A stretch of 32,000 nt of DNA from Candidatus Heimdallarchaeota archaeon (GTDB taxonomy: Archaea > Asgardarchaeota > Heimdallarchaeia > Heimdallarchaeales > Kariarchaeaceae): contig JASBSB010000001.1 in the NCBI GenBank assembly GCA_030149205.1, forward strand, positions 450,001-482,000, written 5' to 3'. Both the position numbers and the translations under genes were made by a program. The first letter of the stretch is position 1. Every line of letters starts with the position of its first letter. Below the pieces are notes generated by a model. That model saw nothing but the letters and a program-made list of their open reading frames with translations. It was not told where the DNA came from and searched no databases. Shown here in pieces: positions 1 through 8,345 of this stretch.

Positions 1-31
1 GAATTCCAACCTGTAATCCTGAAGTACTCAT
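1..31 (-). CDS. First codons of the next gene in the ABC importer operon (probably the permease); truncated by window edge
   Basis: ATG at 31 on the minus strand, 1 nt after the ATPase stop, preceded by GGAGG; reads MSTSGLQVGI. The permease identity is inferred from operon context only. Confidence 0.4.
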   Translation of the reverse strand, partial: MSTSGLQVGI

Positions 32-32
32 G

Positions 33-1673
33 TTATTTCCCTCCCTTTCCAGTTGTCATCAGAAGAGACAGTTTCTGCAGTTCTACTTCCTCTCTACTTA
101 GTTCAGCAACAATTTCCCCTTCAAACATCACAATTAATCGATCAGAAAGTTTGAGAACTTCATCTAAATCTGCACTAATCAATAACACACCAGATCCATT
201 GTTTCGAAGATTTATAAGCTCTTCATGAACTTGTTCCATAACACCTATATCAACACCTCTGGTTGGTTGACTTGCAATTACAAGATTTGGAGTTTTACTT
301 AATTCTCTTCCAATTATCACCTTTTGTTGGTTTCCTCCACTTAAGTTCTTAGTTAAGATTTTGGAATTAGGTGCTTTTATATCGTAGGCCTTGATAATTT
401 TCTTAGAAATATCTTCCATTAATTTTTTTGGAAGAATATATCCTTTATTCAAAGATTCTCTGTTTTCATTATCCTTTATGAATTGATGTGCCTGTTCAAC
501 ATTTGAGTGGTAGGCTAACCAGACATTTTCCGCAATTGAAAAATTATCTATCAAACCATGTAAATTTCTATCCTCAGGAATAAATCCAATTCCAGAATTT
601 AAACGATTAAGAGTTGATAACGAGTTAAGGCTAATTGGAACTTCGTTGTTTTTTGAATAATAAAAGATGTTTCCTGCTGTTTCCTTTAATAATCCAATCA
701 ATATCATTGAGAGTTCTGTCTGACCATTTCCCTCAACTCCTGCTACTCCTAGAATTTCTCCCGTTCTGAGTTCAAATTCTAAGTTTTTTATAATTGGAAC
801 ATCATTCATTTCATAATTTAGTGATTGAACCGCTAATAACAATTTCTTAGATTTTATCAGTTCTCTATGAATTCTTGAGAGCAACTTGCGACCAACTACT
901 AAATTTGCAAGAATAGATTCGTCAACATTCTGAGGAAAAACTTCTGAAACTATCTCTCCTTTGCGAATTACAATTATTCGATCAGCTATATGTAACGGTT
1001 CTTTTAGCTTGTGAGAGATGAAGACAATAGACTTTCCAGACTTTCGTAATGATGCCATAGTGTTGAACAGTTGATCTACCTCTAAGGGAGTGAGAACCGC
1101 AGTGGGCTCATCCAATATCAAAAGGTTAGCCTGACGGTACAACTGCTTAAGTATCTCGACCCTTTGTTTGATCCCTACTGGAAGGTCTTCTACTTTTTTA
1201 CTCGGATCAACAGGAAGTTTAAACTCATTGCTAAGTCTCATGATTTCCTCGTTTGTTTTCTCATAGTCCATCAAAATTCTTTGATACCCACTTGAACTTT
1301 TGTCCCTTACAAATTCGTAGCCAAGTGTAATATTTTCTCCTACTGTAAAAGATTCTACAAGTTGAAAATGCTGGAAAACCATACCTATACCTATGTCTAA
1401 GGTTTGTTTCGGTGACTCGAGAAAAACTGGATCTAACCCTTGAGGAGTCCCATCAGAGAACCAGCCCCTATCAACCTCAATCTTCCCAGAATCTAACCGG
1501 TATAATCCATTCAATATTTTCATGAGTGTAGATTTTCCTGCCCCGTTTTCTCCAAGAATAGCAAGTATTTCTCCAGGAAAAATTTCAAATGAAACTTGTT
1601 TTAATGCCTGGACAGAACCAAACGATTTGGAAACATCTGTGACCTTCAAAATAGGTTGACTCGTAGAATTCAA
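33..1673 (-). CDS. ABC transporter ATP-binding protein, two-NBD nucleoside/simple-sugar importer type (NupA/COG3845-like)
   Basis: Walker A GENGAGKST, Q-loop GMVFQHF, LILDEPTAVL; second NBD with GVAGVEGNGQ, LSGGNQQKVIIGREL, QPTRGVDIG. Confidence 0.93.
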   Translation of the reverse strand: MNSTSQPILKVTDVSKSFGSVQALKQVSFEIFPGEILAILGENGAGKSTLMKILNGLYRLDSGKIEVDRGWFSDGTPQGLDPVFLESPKQTLDIGIGMVFQHFQLVESFTVGENITLGYEFVRDKSSSGYQRILMDYEKTNEEIMRLSNEFKLPVDPSKKVEDLPVGIKQRVEILKQLYRQANLLILDEPTAVLTPLEVDQLFNTMASLRKSGKSIVFISHKLKEPLHIADRIIVIRKGEIVSEVFPQNVDESILANLVVGRKLLSRIHRELIKSKKLLLAVQSLNYEMNDVPIIKNLEFELRTGEILGVAGVEGNGQTELSMILIGLLKETAGNIFYYSKNNEVPISLNSLSTLNRLNSGIGFIPEDRNLHGLIDNFSIAENVWLAYHSNVEQAHQFIKDNENRESLNKGYILPKKLMEDISKKIIKAYDIKAPNSKILTKNLSGGNQQKVIIGRELSKTPNLVIASQPTRGVDIGVMEQVHEELINLRNNGSGVLLISADLDEVLKLSDRLIVMFEGEIVAELSREEVELQKLSLLMTTGKGGK

Positions 1674-1746
1674 TAGTTGAACTTTGAAAATTTTAATTAA
1701 AGCATTGCTCTAAAATTGTAACTTCTCAATAAAAATTTAAGGTAAT

Positions 1747-2913
1747 TTAATTTTTCTTATATTTTTTCAAGATTGGAATAAGTGCAATTGCAAACACAAA
1801 TCCAAGAATGTTAAATGGTAAGGGATTTGTTGCTGTTGCAGTAGTGTTGTAGAAAGACACCTTAAAGCTGGTTGCTGGCGTGTTTGTGGAGGTAGCGCTG
1901 ACTGTGATTTTTCCATCAATAATCTCTTGTCGAATATTTTGGGTGATGTTCCATCTTGTTAGGTCGTTTGCAAATAGACCATCTCTTACTGTTTTTGTGT
2001 AGTTCATATCAGTTATACCTACACCGTTTTCTTTTAGACCTAGACTGGTTACACCATTTTTCCATGTTCCATCAACAATCTTGTTGATTTCATTTGAAAC
2101 AGCCACATCCACTCTCTTGACCATAGAAGTTAAAACATAACCGGGTTTGATATAATCTTGATTTGAGTCAACACCAATTGCATAAGCAGTTCCTTTGGGT
2201 TTTGTGGCGACTGCATCCATAACACCAACTCCAGTACCTCCTGCTGCTGCGTAGATAATATCTACACCTTGAGCCAAAAAGTTTAAACCAACAGTTTTAC
2301 CACCTTGAATATCAGTCCAAGGGATTGAAGGGTTAGGACTGTATGTTTTGAGAACTGTGATATTAGGATTTATGTATTTTGCACCCTGTGCATACCCAGC
2401 TAAGAATTTGTTTATTAATGGGATATCCAATCCTCCAAGGAATGCGATCTTATTTGTTTTTGTTGTCATAGCAGCCATTGCACCTGCAAGAAATGAACCT
2501 TGTTCTTCTTTAAATACAACAGAATCTACGTTTGGGAGATTCACAACACTATCAATAATCATGAATTTTTGTGAGGGGTGCTTCGTGGCACTGGCATTTA
2601 TACCATCAGTGGCTGTGAACCCTACACCTATAACCAGATCGTAGGTCCCAGCTGCAGCAAAAGTTTCAATGTTCTGTGTAATTTCAGTGATACCTTTTGG
2701 TTCTGCCTGTGCAACAGTAATTCCAGAATGAGCGTTTTTTGCGGCTTCGATTCCTCTGAAAGCAGCATCATTAAATGATCTGTCACCTAAACCTCCAGTG
2801 GAATATACAATTGCGATTTTTGCATTTGGCTTCTGAGCTATACTTGGAACAGTGGAGCTAAGAAGGGTTAACACAAAAAATATTGTGAATATTGTTAAGA
2901 TACTTTTTCTCAT
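1747..2913 (-). CDS. BMP/Med-family ABC substrate-binding protein (nucleoside-binding type) with N-terminal signal peptide and C-terminal membrane anchor
   Basis: GGLGDRSFNDAA, FKEEQGSFLAGAMAA, IAFLGG, IYAAAGGTGVGV, AIGVDSNQ, LTSMVKRVDVAV motifs; T-rich linker followed by a hydrophobic segment and KKYKKN tail. Confidence 0.92.
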   Translation of the reverse strand: MRKSILTIFTIFFVLTLLSSTVPSIAQKPNAKIAIVYSTGGLGDRSFNDAAFRGIEAAKNAHSGITVAQAEPKGITEITQNIETFAAAGTYDLVIGVGFTATDGINASATKHPSQKFMIIDSVVNLPNVDSVVFKEEQGSFLAGAMAAMTTKTNKIAFLGGLDIPLINKFLAGYAQGAKYINPNITVLKTYSPNPSIPWTDIQGGKTVGLNFLAQGVDIIYAAAGGTGVGVMDAVATKPKGTAYAIGVDSNQDYIKPGYVLTSMVKRVDVAVSNEINKIVDGTWKNGVTSLGLKENGVGITDMNYTKTVRDGLFANDLTRWNITQNIRQEIIDGKITVSATSTNTPATSFKVSFYNTTATATNPLPFNILGFVFAIALIPILKKYKKN

Positions 2914-3121
2914 CTATTTTTCACCAGCTCAGAAATTCTGAGCTTAACTGAAGTTTGTCTTTGGATTTATGAACTTATTCCAATAATTTTATTAGAAAAT
3001 CGAAAAAATTATACCTTCATGAATTAGGTTTCTGAGCTAAATTTGCTTCCTATATTATTTTATTTTTTATAGATTAACAACGAACTAGATAATTGTTAGA
3101 AAGAATAAACAATTATGTGTG

Positions 3122-4822
3122 TTAACGTCTACCTCTCCTTCTACGGATTGGCGCTTCTTCTTCTTTAATGTTTTCAACCGCTTCCTCATACATCTTCAAT
3201 AATTCGACTTCTTGCTCTTTCTCAGCACCATCAGGCAATTTTTCCGCATATTTTTTCCATACTTTCAGATTCTTTTCCAATTCTGGTTTAAGTCTAAAGC
3301 CAACTGAGAGTCCAGTTTGGATAACTCTTCGAATTAGGGATAGAAGGTCTTTCTCAGTTACCCCATAGGACTTCCAATTTTTCTTAATTTTTACTAAATC
3401 AAGTAGCTGATTTTGGTTTTTGTAAATTCTTTCACCAACTTCTTTTGATTTGATTTCCATAATTGAATAATAGACAACAGATGACCAAAAATGGAAAGGC
3501 TCTGACAGCTCTTCACGGATGTATTCTTGACCTTTTTTCCAAAATTCAGCTTCCAAATGATTAAATGCATGCACATAGGGTTCTACCTCTTTAGGGTTCT
3601 CCGTTAATCTGTTTAACATTGATTTACTAAGAACGATCTGTAGCCAAATCGATGAGATTGTACCTTTTGCCATCAGCTGTTTTGATTCTTCACCTCTTAG
3701 AAGTGGATAAAGTACCTTCTTCCAAAGCTTTCCTGAATCTTCTCGTACTGATTTTTCTAGAGCCTTATATGGAACCGACCTTAAGGAAATATGGGAGGAT
3801 AATATTAGGTATAAAGTACTCGCAAGATCGAAATAAGCTTCTGGAATGTTATTCGTTAGTCTTTGGATTTCACCCAAATAGTAATTTACCACTTTAAGTC
3901 TCTGTTTATCAGGATATGGCTGATAAAGTAACATATCTAAAACTAACGCATGAGGGAGCAATTCAAGTGCTTCTTTGGTTTCTTCGCTTAATTCAGGAAC
4001 GTATGTATCTTTCTTCTCTTTAGATGAGCCATCTGCACTGTCTTCAGAGTTTTCTTCGGCTTGAAAAGAGTTTTCTGGGTAAGTTCCGGATTTAAGGATC
4101 TCTAGAAAATCTACTATAAAGGAGTATAATGTGTTGGTTCTACCTCTAAGGTCACCATTGGTGAGAGGTTTGGAGTCTGGTTTCTCACCTTTCTCCAAAT
4201 TTTCATTGTTTATGGGAATGAGTCTTTGGTTGTTGTTATCTGTTAACCATGATTTATTTTTCAATGCCTCATAGGTATAAGGGTCAAAGAAAGTATCAAC
4301 AATGCTTGCTAAGGTGGGATTTGATTCCTTTAGCTTTTCACTAAGCTCCTTTACCTTGTTTCCTTCAAATAATTTTGGAAGAATCGTAAAATAGAGTATC
4401 TCATTGACAAAAACATAAGTTAAATCTAGAGTATCTGAATCTATTTCATTTAACCAATCTCTTGCTTCTCTTGAGATTTGTTTGTACAACTTGTAAGTCT
4501 CAGATTCCTTGATTTCTTTGAATAACGATTTCAGATCAACCTCTTTGCTTCTTAAAAGGGAAAGTAGTTCATTAAGAATCACATATTTCGGAACAAAGCT
4601 TAACAAGCTCTGCTCATCGATAATAGGTTTAATTTTTTCTTCTCCAGATCGTCGTTGATCAACACGAGAACTTTCGACAATAAACATAAGTTGAGGCAAC
4701 TGACTGTCTCTAACATCTGAGAATAGTGGAAGTGGGACTTGAAGCTGTTCTAAAACGCTTATAAAGAACAGATCCCTAGCTTCGGAGAATATTCGTACTG
4801 GATTTGGGAGTTCTTCAACCAT
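3122..4822 (-). CDS. Hypothetical protein, 566 aa, likely mainly helical, with acidic linkers and an Arg-rich C-terminus
   Basis: Long ORF with ATG start; no family motif recognised. Confidence 0.75.
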   Translation of the reverse strand: MVEELPNPVRIFSEARDLFFISVLEQLQVPLPLFSDVRDSQLPQLMFIVESSRVDQRRSGEEKIKPIIDEQSLLSFVPKYVILNELLSLLRSKEVDLKSLFKEIKESETYKLYKQISREARDWLNEIDSDTLDLTYVFVNEILYFTILPKLFEGNKVKELSEKLKESNPTLASIVDTFFDPYTYEALKNKSWLTDNNNQRLIPINNENLEKGEKPDSKPLTNGDLRGRTNTLYSFIVDFLEILKSGTYPENSFQAEENSEDSADGSSKEKKDTYVPELSEETKEALELLPHALVLDMLLYQPYPDKQRLKVVNYYLGEIQRLTNNIPEAYFDLASTLYLILSSHISLRSVPYKALEKSVREDSGKLWKKVLYPLLRGEESKQLMAKGTISSIWLQIVLSKSMLNRLTENPKEVEPYVHAFNHLEAEFWKKGQEYIREELSEPFHFWSSVVYYSIMEIKSKEVGERIYKNQNQLLDLVKIKKNWKSYGVTEKDLLSLIRRVIQTGLSVGFRLKPELEKNLKVWKKYAEKLPDGAEKEQEVELLKMYEEAVENIKEEEAPIRRRRGRR

Positions 4823-4961
4823 TCTATTTCTAAATTGAATTCATTACTCCTTTTTTAAAATAATCAATGGAGACAAATAAAATAGAAAATAAAAGAAGGT
4901 AAAAAGAAAAGACCTGTTATCTGAAAACCAATTTTTATTTAATCTTTGAAAAAGTTCCTGT

Positions 4962-5693
4962 GTGTTTGAACAAATTTTGCTTTATTCCCAACTTTCACTT
5001 CTTGGATTCAGTCTTGCAGCCCCACCAGGTCCTGTGAATCTTGAGATGTTAAAACAAGGATTCGGAAAATACAACACCTATGCTAGAAGTATTTTTACTG
5101 GGTTTGGTGCTATGACAGCAGATCTGACCATAGCTCTATCTATACTCTTTATAGGTACAGAGTATCTAAGCCACTTTCTTGATAATAGAGAAATTAAAAC
5201 AACCTTATTCCTCTTTAATGTTGTCGTTATCTTGTACATTGGAATCTCATCATTAAAATTTAACAGGGAAGATGCAAAAACGATATTTGAAAAAGAACAA
5301 ACTGATTCAGACTTGGAACTAAAGGAAAAGACAACTAACAATTCAAAGTTAAGTGGAGTTCCCAGACAATACATTACAGGATTTTTACTTGCTGGCTCAT
5401 CACCCTGGAGTTATATATGGTGGATAACATTTGGACCGGTGGTATTAAATCTTAAGATTCCTCTCCATACCAACTTAGATATAATACAGGCTGCTTTAAT
5501 TTTTATCCTTGGAATTGGAATTTGGGTGCTCTCATATTGCACCCTCTTAGCAATCTCAAACCAAAAAGCCTCTAGATCATTTGTATATTGGATAACAAAA
5601 ATCTCCTCTGTTATAATAATCTTGTTTGCCGTGAAAATTTTATTTGTAGACACCTTGTGCTTGTATGTTCAATATTTCGCTTGTACATATTGA
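4962..5693 (+). CDS. LysE/RhtB-family amino acid exporter
   Basis: GFSLAAPPGPVNLEM, GFGAMTADL, GFLLAGSSPWSYIWW motifs; about 6 hydrophobic segments. Confidence 0.88.
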   Translation: MFEQILLYSQLSLLGFSLAAPPGPVNLEMLKQGFGKYNTYARSIFTGFGAMTADLTIALSILFIGTEYLSHFLDNREIKTTLFLFNVVVILYIGISSLKFNREDAKTIFEKEQTDSDLELKEKTTNNSKLSGVPRQYITGFLLAGSSPWSYIWWITFGPVVLNLKIPLHTNLDIIQAALIFILGIGIWVLSYCTLLAISNQKASRSFVYWITKISSVIIILFAVKILFVDTLCLYVQYFACTY

Positions 5694-5795
5694 ATGATGA
5701 ACGCTGAACATATCAGATTGGAACAAATCAAAATACACCGGAAATCTCATACTTGGAGTGGAATCGACAAAATTTTGGAGAATCAATAACGAATC

Positions 5796-5803
5796 TTATA
5801 AAC
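5796..5803 (+). promoter_or_regulatory. Archaeal TATA box of tRNA-Leu
   Basis: TTATAAAC 52 nt upstream of the mature tRNA 5' end; the other three tRNAs show the same spacing (50-53 nt). Confidence 0.55.
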
Positions 5804-5847
5804 ATTAGGAATCAATCTATGTTCAAGGAAATTTAGGTTTCCTTTAA

Positions 5848-5962
5848 ACCGAGGTCGCCCAGTCTGGTCAACGGCGGGGGACTTAAGATCCTCTCCTATA
5901 GAGGTTCGGGGGTTCGAAACAAGGGCCTTTTTCAGGTACTTGAGAAAATCCCCCCCTCGGTA
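5848..5962 (+). tRNA. trnL: tRNA-Leu(UAA) with a 30-nt intron at position 59/60 (5919-5948)
   Basis: Acceptor ACCGAGG/CCTCGGT; anticodon stem GGGGA/TCCTC with TAA at 5884-5886; long variable arm; T-arm GGGGG-TTCGAA|T-CCCCC interrupted by a relaxed BHB (TTCG/AGAA core, AAA and AAT bulges, CAAG/CTTG intron stem). No encoded CCA. Confidence 0.93.
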
Positions 5963-6001
5963 TTAAAGAAGGTTTATTAAGAATATATCCGTTTAAAATC
6001 T

Positions 6002-6316
6002 GTGAACAACAATAATCTATTAACTAGCACCATAAGAGAGTTAATGGAGCAAGCAAAGGAAGACGGGGTAATTACCCTAGACGAATTTGAAATCATTGAA
6101 CAAGTTAGAATAGATGTGAATAACTACACAGAGCTGTTAAGAAAGGCATATGAAGATAACATCATTACCGAGGTAGAACAGTTCCATCTGAACAAATTAA
6201 AGGATAGGATCAAGACACAGGCGGAAAAAGTAGCTAGGACAGATGGCAAAATTACTGAAGAGGAAAAGGAGATTTTAGAAGCTTTATCACGTGTTCTCAT
6301 TAATATAAGCAACTAG
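6002..6316 (+). CDS. Small acidic helical protein with three D-G/N-x-I-T-x-x-E repeats (TerB-like or EF-hand-like)
   Basis: DGVITLDE, DNIITEVE and DGKITEEE repeats in a 104-aa ORF. Confidence 0.7.
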   Translation: MNNNNLLTSTIRELMEQAKEDGVITLDEFEIIEQVRIDVNNYTELLRKAYEDNIITEVEQFHLNKLKDRIKTQAEKVARTDGKITEEEKEILEALSRVLINISN

Positions 6317-6477
6317 TCTTTTATGTTATATTATTAAAATATGGATTAACTTTCTCAAATTCCATTGCAGACCAAAGATTTCCACAATCAAATTTCTAAG
6401 ATTCAAAGTTCCGAGAATTGAAATTTTCATATTCTTCTACATACCATTATTTAGAAGCCACGTACATAACAAAGTTA

Positions 6478-6485
6478 TTTTAAAG
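6478..6485 (+). promoter_or_regulatory. Archaeal TATA box of tRNA-Ser(GGA)
   Basis: TTTTAAAG 50 nt upstream of the tRNA 5' end. Confidence 0.55.
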
Positions 6486-6527
6486 TTGTAAAACACATCT
6501 GATTTAGACATTAGAGAGATGTCCTAG

Positions 6528-6633
6528 GGCAAGGTACTCAAGTCTGGTCCAAGAGGCGTGACTGGAAATCACGTGTGTTTTGCACGCGGGGGTTCAAAAT
6601 CACTTTCAAGTGATGAAATTCCCCCCCTTGTCA
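6528..6633 (+). tRNA. trnS: tRNA-Ser(GGA) with a 21-nt intron at position 59/60 (6599-6619)
   Basis: Acceptor GGCAAGG/CCTTGTC; anticodon stem CGTGA/TCACG with GGA at 6564-6566; long variable arm; perfect BHB (TTCA/TGAA core, AAA and ATT bulges, TCACT/AGTGA intron stem). Confidence 0.95.
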
Positions 6634-6785
6634 TTGTTATAATATTTTAAGCTTAATTATTCTTTTTATTTAATAAGTAAATAGTATCGTAATTCAATAA
6701 CAGAGTGATTACTGAATGTTTCATGGAATTATCTAGGAATTACTTATATCCAAAATGAAGAGAAACCCTGTTAAAACCTAGAAAC

Positions 6786-7091
6786 TTAATTTTTGGTATG
6801 TCCAATTCTTTTCTTTGTGGAATATTTGTAACTTAAACCCCAAATAGCAATAACTGTTGAAACGATAGCAGCGAGATAAAACATCCATGAGAGTGGTAAC
6901 CCTTGTGGGGCCTCAGTGAAGAAAAACGAAATAAAATACCCTGTTGCAATTGAGAGAATTGCGCCTATAATCCAACGAAATGGATAATATTGGATTTGAT
7001 GGGAAATTGAACAAAAATGAACCCCCTTAAAGCTTAAACGAGGGTTAACCTCAGTAGAACCACACAATGCACAGGTTGGGATGTCTTCCAT
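6786..7091 (-). CDS. Small membrane protein with an N-terminal Zn-binding motif (CxxC...CxxxH) and two transmembrane helices
   Basis: CALC...FCSISHQ followed by two hydrophobic segments and a basic tail; ATG start. Confidence 0.65.
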   Translation of the reverse strand: MEDIPTCALCGSTEVNPRLSFKGVHFCSISHQIQYYPFRWIIGAILSIATGYFISFFFTEAPQGLPLSWMFYLAAIVSTVIAIWGLSYKYSTKKRIGHTKN

Positions 7092-7174
7092 AATTTTATA
7101 TGAATTCTTATATTTTAAACATTAGTACGTGTCTATTTGTAAAATTTAGTGTACGCTATATTGTAATTGGAAAA

Positions 7175-7259
7175 TGGCAAGGACGGGATTTGAACCCGCG
7201 CGTGCAGAGCACACTGGTTTTCAAGACCAGCACCTTGGACCAGGCTTGGTTACCTTGCC
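7175..7259 (-). tRNA. trnS: tRNA-Ser(UGA), intron-less
   Basis: Reverse complement: GGCAAGG acceptor, CTGGT-CT-TGA-AA-ACCAG anticodon arm, long variable arm, GCGGG-TTCAAAT-CCCGT, CCTTGCC-A. Confidence 0.95.
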
Positions 7260-7304
7260 TGTAGTGAAACCTATGATAGTTCCTATCTCTGATGATTGAT
7301 TTAA

Positions 7305-7312
7305 CTTTAAAA
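7305..7312 (-). promoter_or_regulatory. Archaeal TATA box of tRNA-Ser(UGA)
   Basis: TTTTAAAG on the minus strand, 53 nt upstream of the tRNA 5' end. Confidence 0.55.
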
Positions 7313-7619
7313 TCACTTTGTTACATACGTAACTATCAGACAGTGTCTTAAGGGAGACTGATAAATAACATGAACACACAACTGTTTTCAATTTAAAAAG
7401 TGAACTCAGAGGCCATAAATAAACTCAAATGCTCTTGGGGCACATGCTGTCATTTGAATTCATTATGTAGCAGGAACTGAAATTTGATCTCGTGTCAACG
7501 GAAATGATAAATTCAAAATTAAATAATTATGTATAAATCCTATAAATGACATCAATAGATATCAACAATTGGACTGATACCACGTGAAAGTAGAATATGA
7601 ATTGGATCATGAATTAACC

Positions 7620-8211
7620 AAAATTTCACGGAACAGTTTTTGGAACTCTATAGTTGAACATCTTTATTGAAAGAAATTAACCGTCAGCTAGAAACTGAAA
7701 AAGAAATTGTAGGTTATGTGGATGAATTTCAATACTGGATAAAATCGATAACCTATTGGAAGGTAGGTCATGGAAAAGAAGACGGAGTGAGACACATGCT
7801 TGATCTTTGAGATTTAGTAAGAAATATTATCACCAATCTTTGATGAAAGGTTCGATTTGCATCAAAGATGTTCTACCAACAATTATGCAAACCAGTGATT
7901 AATTAGATTGAAGTATTCTCAGCCTTACAAAATAGCCTTAATTACCCTTCATATCACATTTAGTTTCAGCTTAGTGAGAGTGGATATCCTAAAGATCTAT
8001 ACAAGCTTCAAGCATTCACATATGAGATGATATGAAATATCCAAAGATCACAGTTGGAGGTGAAACTATAAGTAAATATGCTCATTGTCAATTAAACAGT
8101 ACATCTACCATCGAACGAGAAATGTGTGAAATTACTTCAAAGCGTTATTGTGAGTTGGATACATTGACAATGGGTATGATATATAAACACTGGAAATCTT
8201 TTCTGAGATAA
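7620..8211 (+). pseudogene. Decayed DUF2779-like (RNase H-like domain) protein, C-terminal remnant; may extend upstream to about 7380
   Basis: Across frameshifts and stops: LLKEINRQL...WIKSIT...GVRHMLDL*DLV, YYHQSLMKGSICIKDVLPTI, and KRYCELDTLTMGMIYKHWKS. These match the recalled family motifs MVDL(W)ELV, YYHPxMKGSxSIKxVLP and YCELDTLAMVMIYEHW. Confidence 0.7.
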
Positions 8212-8345
8212 TGGTTCTAGTTTATATAATATTTACTAATCTCTTACATTAGCATGTATTAAAGGTCGAATTTTAGAGTTTATGTATACCATATGTTAAT
8301 TAATTATAAATTAAATCAATATATTGTTGCAATTAATGGGATAAT

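Noticed and set aside
5825-5844. Conserved hairpins in tRNA 5' leaders (AAGGAAA/TTTCCTT here; shorter ones at 6507-6523 and 7275-7287)
   Set aside because: The stems are only 5-7 bp, share no sequence and differ in position; the Lys gene has no convincing equivalent in its leader. Compatible with chance.
7309-7319. 11-bp match (AAAATCACTTT) to the tRNA-Ser(GGA) intron boundary as a possible att site
   Set aside because: Too short and AT-rich, overlaps the tRNA-Ser(UGA) TATA box, and no integrase is nearby.
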